From a virus: a stretch of 42,058 nucleotides of DNA. The position numbers and the translations under genes are program-made. Location of the stretch: IMG/VR virus record IMGVR_UViG_3300045988_049432; one strand, written 5' to 3'. The notes beneath the pieces are model-generated. The model was not told where the DNA came from, searched no databases, and saw nothing but the letters and a program-made list of their open reading frames with translations. Of the stretch, positions 41,507 to 42,058 are shown one piece after another. Numbering within the stretch: position 1 is the first letter of the stretch; every line of letters begins with the position of its first letter.

Positions 41507-42058
41507 ATGAGTGAAGTTAAAGGTTATAAAGTATTCAATCCTGACTGGACTTGTAGAGGTTTTCAGTATGAGGTAGGAAAAATCTTTGAAGAAGATGTTA
41601 AGCCAAGCTGTTGTGATAGAGGTTTTCATTTTTGTGAAAAAGCTGCTGACTGTTTTAGCTATTACAGTTTTAATTCTGAAAATAGGGTTGCAGAAGTTAT
41701 TGCACTTGGTGAAGTAGATACAGACGGTAAGAAATCATGCACTAACAAAATTCAGATCGTGCGTGAAATTCCTTGGCAAGAACTTTTGACAATCGTAAAT
41801 ACTGGAAAGGATTGCACAGGACTCTGCAACACCGGGGACTGGAACACCGGGAACTGCAACACCGGGGACTGGAACACCGGGAACAGGAACACCGGGAACA
41901 GGAACACAGGACTCTGGAACACCGGGAACAGGAACACCGGGAACAGGAACACCGGGAACAGGAACACAGGACTCTGCAACACCGGGGACTGCAACACCGG
42001 GGACTGCAACACCGGGGACTGGAACACCGGGAACTGCAACACCGGGGACTGGAACACC
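41507..42058 (+). CDS. 5' part of the wrap-around gene: Cys/His-containing N-terminal domain, then (W/C/R)NTG(D/N) repeats
   Basis: ATG 41507 after GAGAGGTGAAAG. It reads MSEVKGYKVFNPDWTCRGFQYEVGKIFEE..CCDRGFHFC.., then NTGDW/NTGNC/NTGNR units. There is no stop before the window end, so the ORF track omits it. Confidence 0.75.
   Translation, partial: MSEVKGYKVFNPDWTCRGFQYEVGKIFEEDVKPSCCDRGFHFCEKAADCFSYYSFNSENRVAEVIALGEVDTDGKKSCTNKIQIVREIPWQELLTIVNTGKDCTGLCNTGDWNTGNCNTGDWNTGNRNTGNRNTGLWNTGNRNTGNRNTGNRNTGLCNTGDCNTGDCNTGDWNTGNCNTGDWNT
41798..42058 (+). repeat. Tandem 15-bp coding repeat (AACACCGGGGACTGG and variants); continues at nt 1 to ~91
   Basis: Seventeen-plus consecutive 15-nt units are visible at the 3' end, and about six more at the 5' end. 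Confidence 0.9.

Larger units (their letters stand above)
1..42058. mobile_element. Complete, circularly permuted temperate phage genome (siphovirus-like module order) with integrase and cI-like repressor
   Basis: Full replication, packaging, head, tail, lysis and lysogeny modules are present. nt 1-22 are identical to nt 42037-42058. The ORF open at the 3' end continues in frame at nt 2. Confidence 0.85.

Noticed and set aside
41752-42057. 101-aa minus-strand ORF (PVLQS/PVFLF repeats)
   Set aside because: It is the antisense shadow of the 15-bp coding repeat. The + strand frame has a proper RBS, ATG and N-terminal domain, and it continues in frame across the window junction.
41798-42058. A CRISPR array as an explanation for the regular short repeats
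   Set aside because: The units are only 15 bp and contiguous, with no spacers. They lie inside an ORF with a 5-codon period.

Overview
The window reads as a complete, circularly permuted genome of a temperate siphovirus-type phage of about 42 kb. The first 22 nt are identical to the last 22 nt, and one gene runs off the 3' end and continues in frame at the 5' end. The host is probably a low-GC Bacillota (Clostridia-like) bacterium. I infer that only from the CW_7-type lysin repeats, the phi LC3-type holin and the small CD1375-like proteins.

Gene order on the + strand:
- Replication and recombination: SNF2 helicase, VRR-NUC nuclease, HD hydrolase, AAA ATPase, DUF669-like protein, family-B DNA polymerase, P4-type primase/helicase.
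- A disrupted C5 cytosine methyltransferase.
- Late regulator, TerS, TerL and portal.
- gp7-like head morphogenesis protein with an extra HExxH domain, scaffold and capsid.
- Connector and tail genes, including a G/GT -1 frameshift chaperone and the tape measure.
- Dit and Tal.
- A tail fibre that is the target of a diversity-generating retroelement (VR, TR, reverse transcriptase).
- Holin and endolysin.

The lysogeny module follows. Integrase, a membrane protein and a cI-like repressor lie on the - strand. Divergent early genes lie on the + strand.

Most notable observations:
1. The DGR. In a 112-nt TR/VR hand alignment there are 23 mismatches, all at TR adenines. I see no Avd-like ORF. A perfect 12-bp inverted repeat brackets the TR.
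2. Two homologous GGTTACGGTT iteron modules, each around an AT-rich core, at about 11.7 kb and 38.3 kb.
3. The methyltransferase is broken exactly at the only three G7-G9 homopolymers in the genome.
4. The VRR-NUC ORF has no start codon and sits directly behind a T_TTT_TTA slippery heptamer.
5. A consensus promoter plus intrinsic terminator defines an ~80-nt candidate sRNA next to int.

I found no tRNA, rRNA or CRISPR array. All functional calls come from motifs I recognise by eye. No database search was run.
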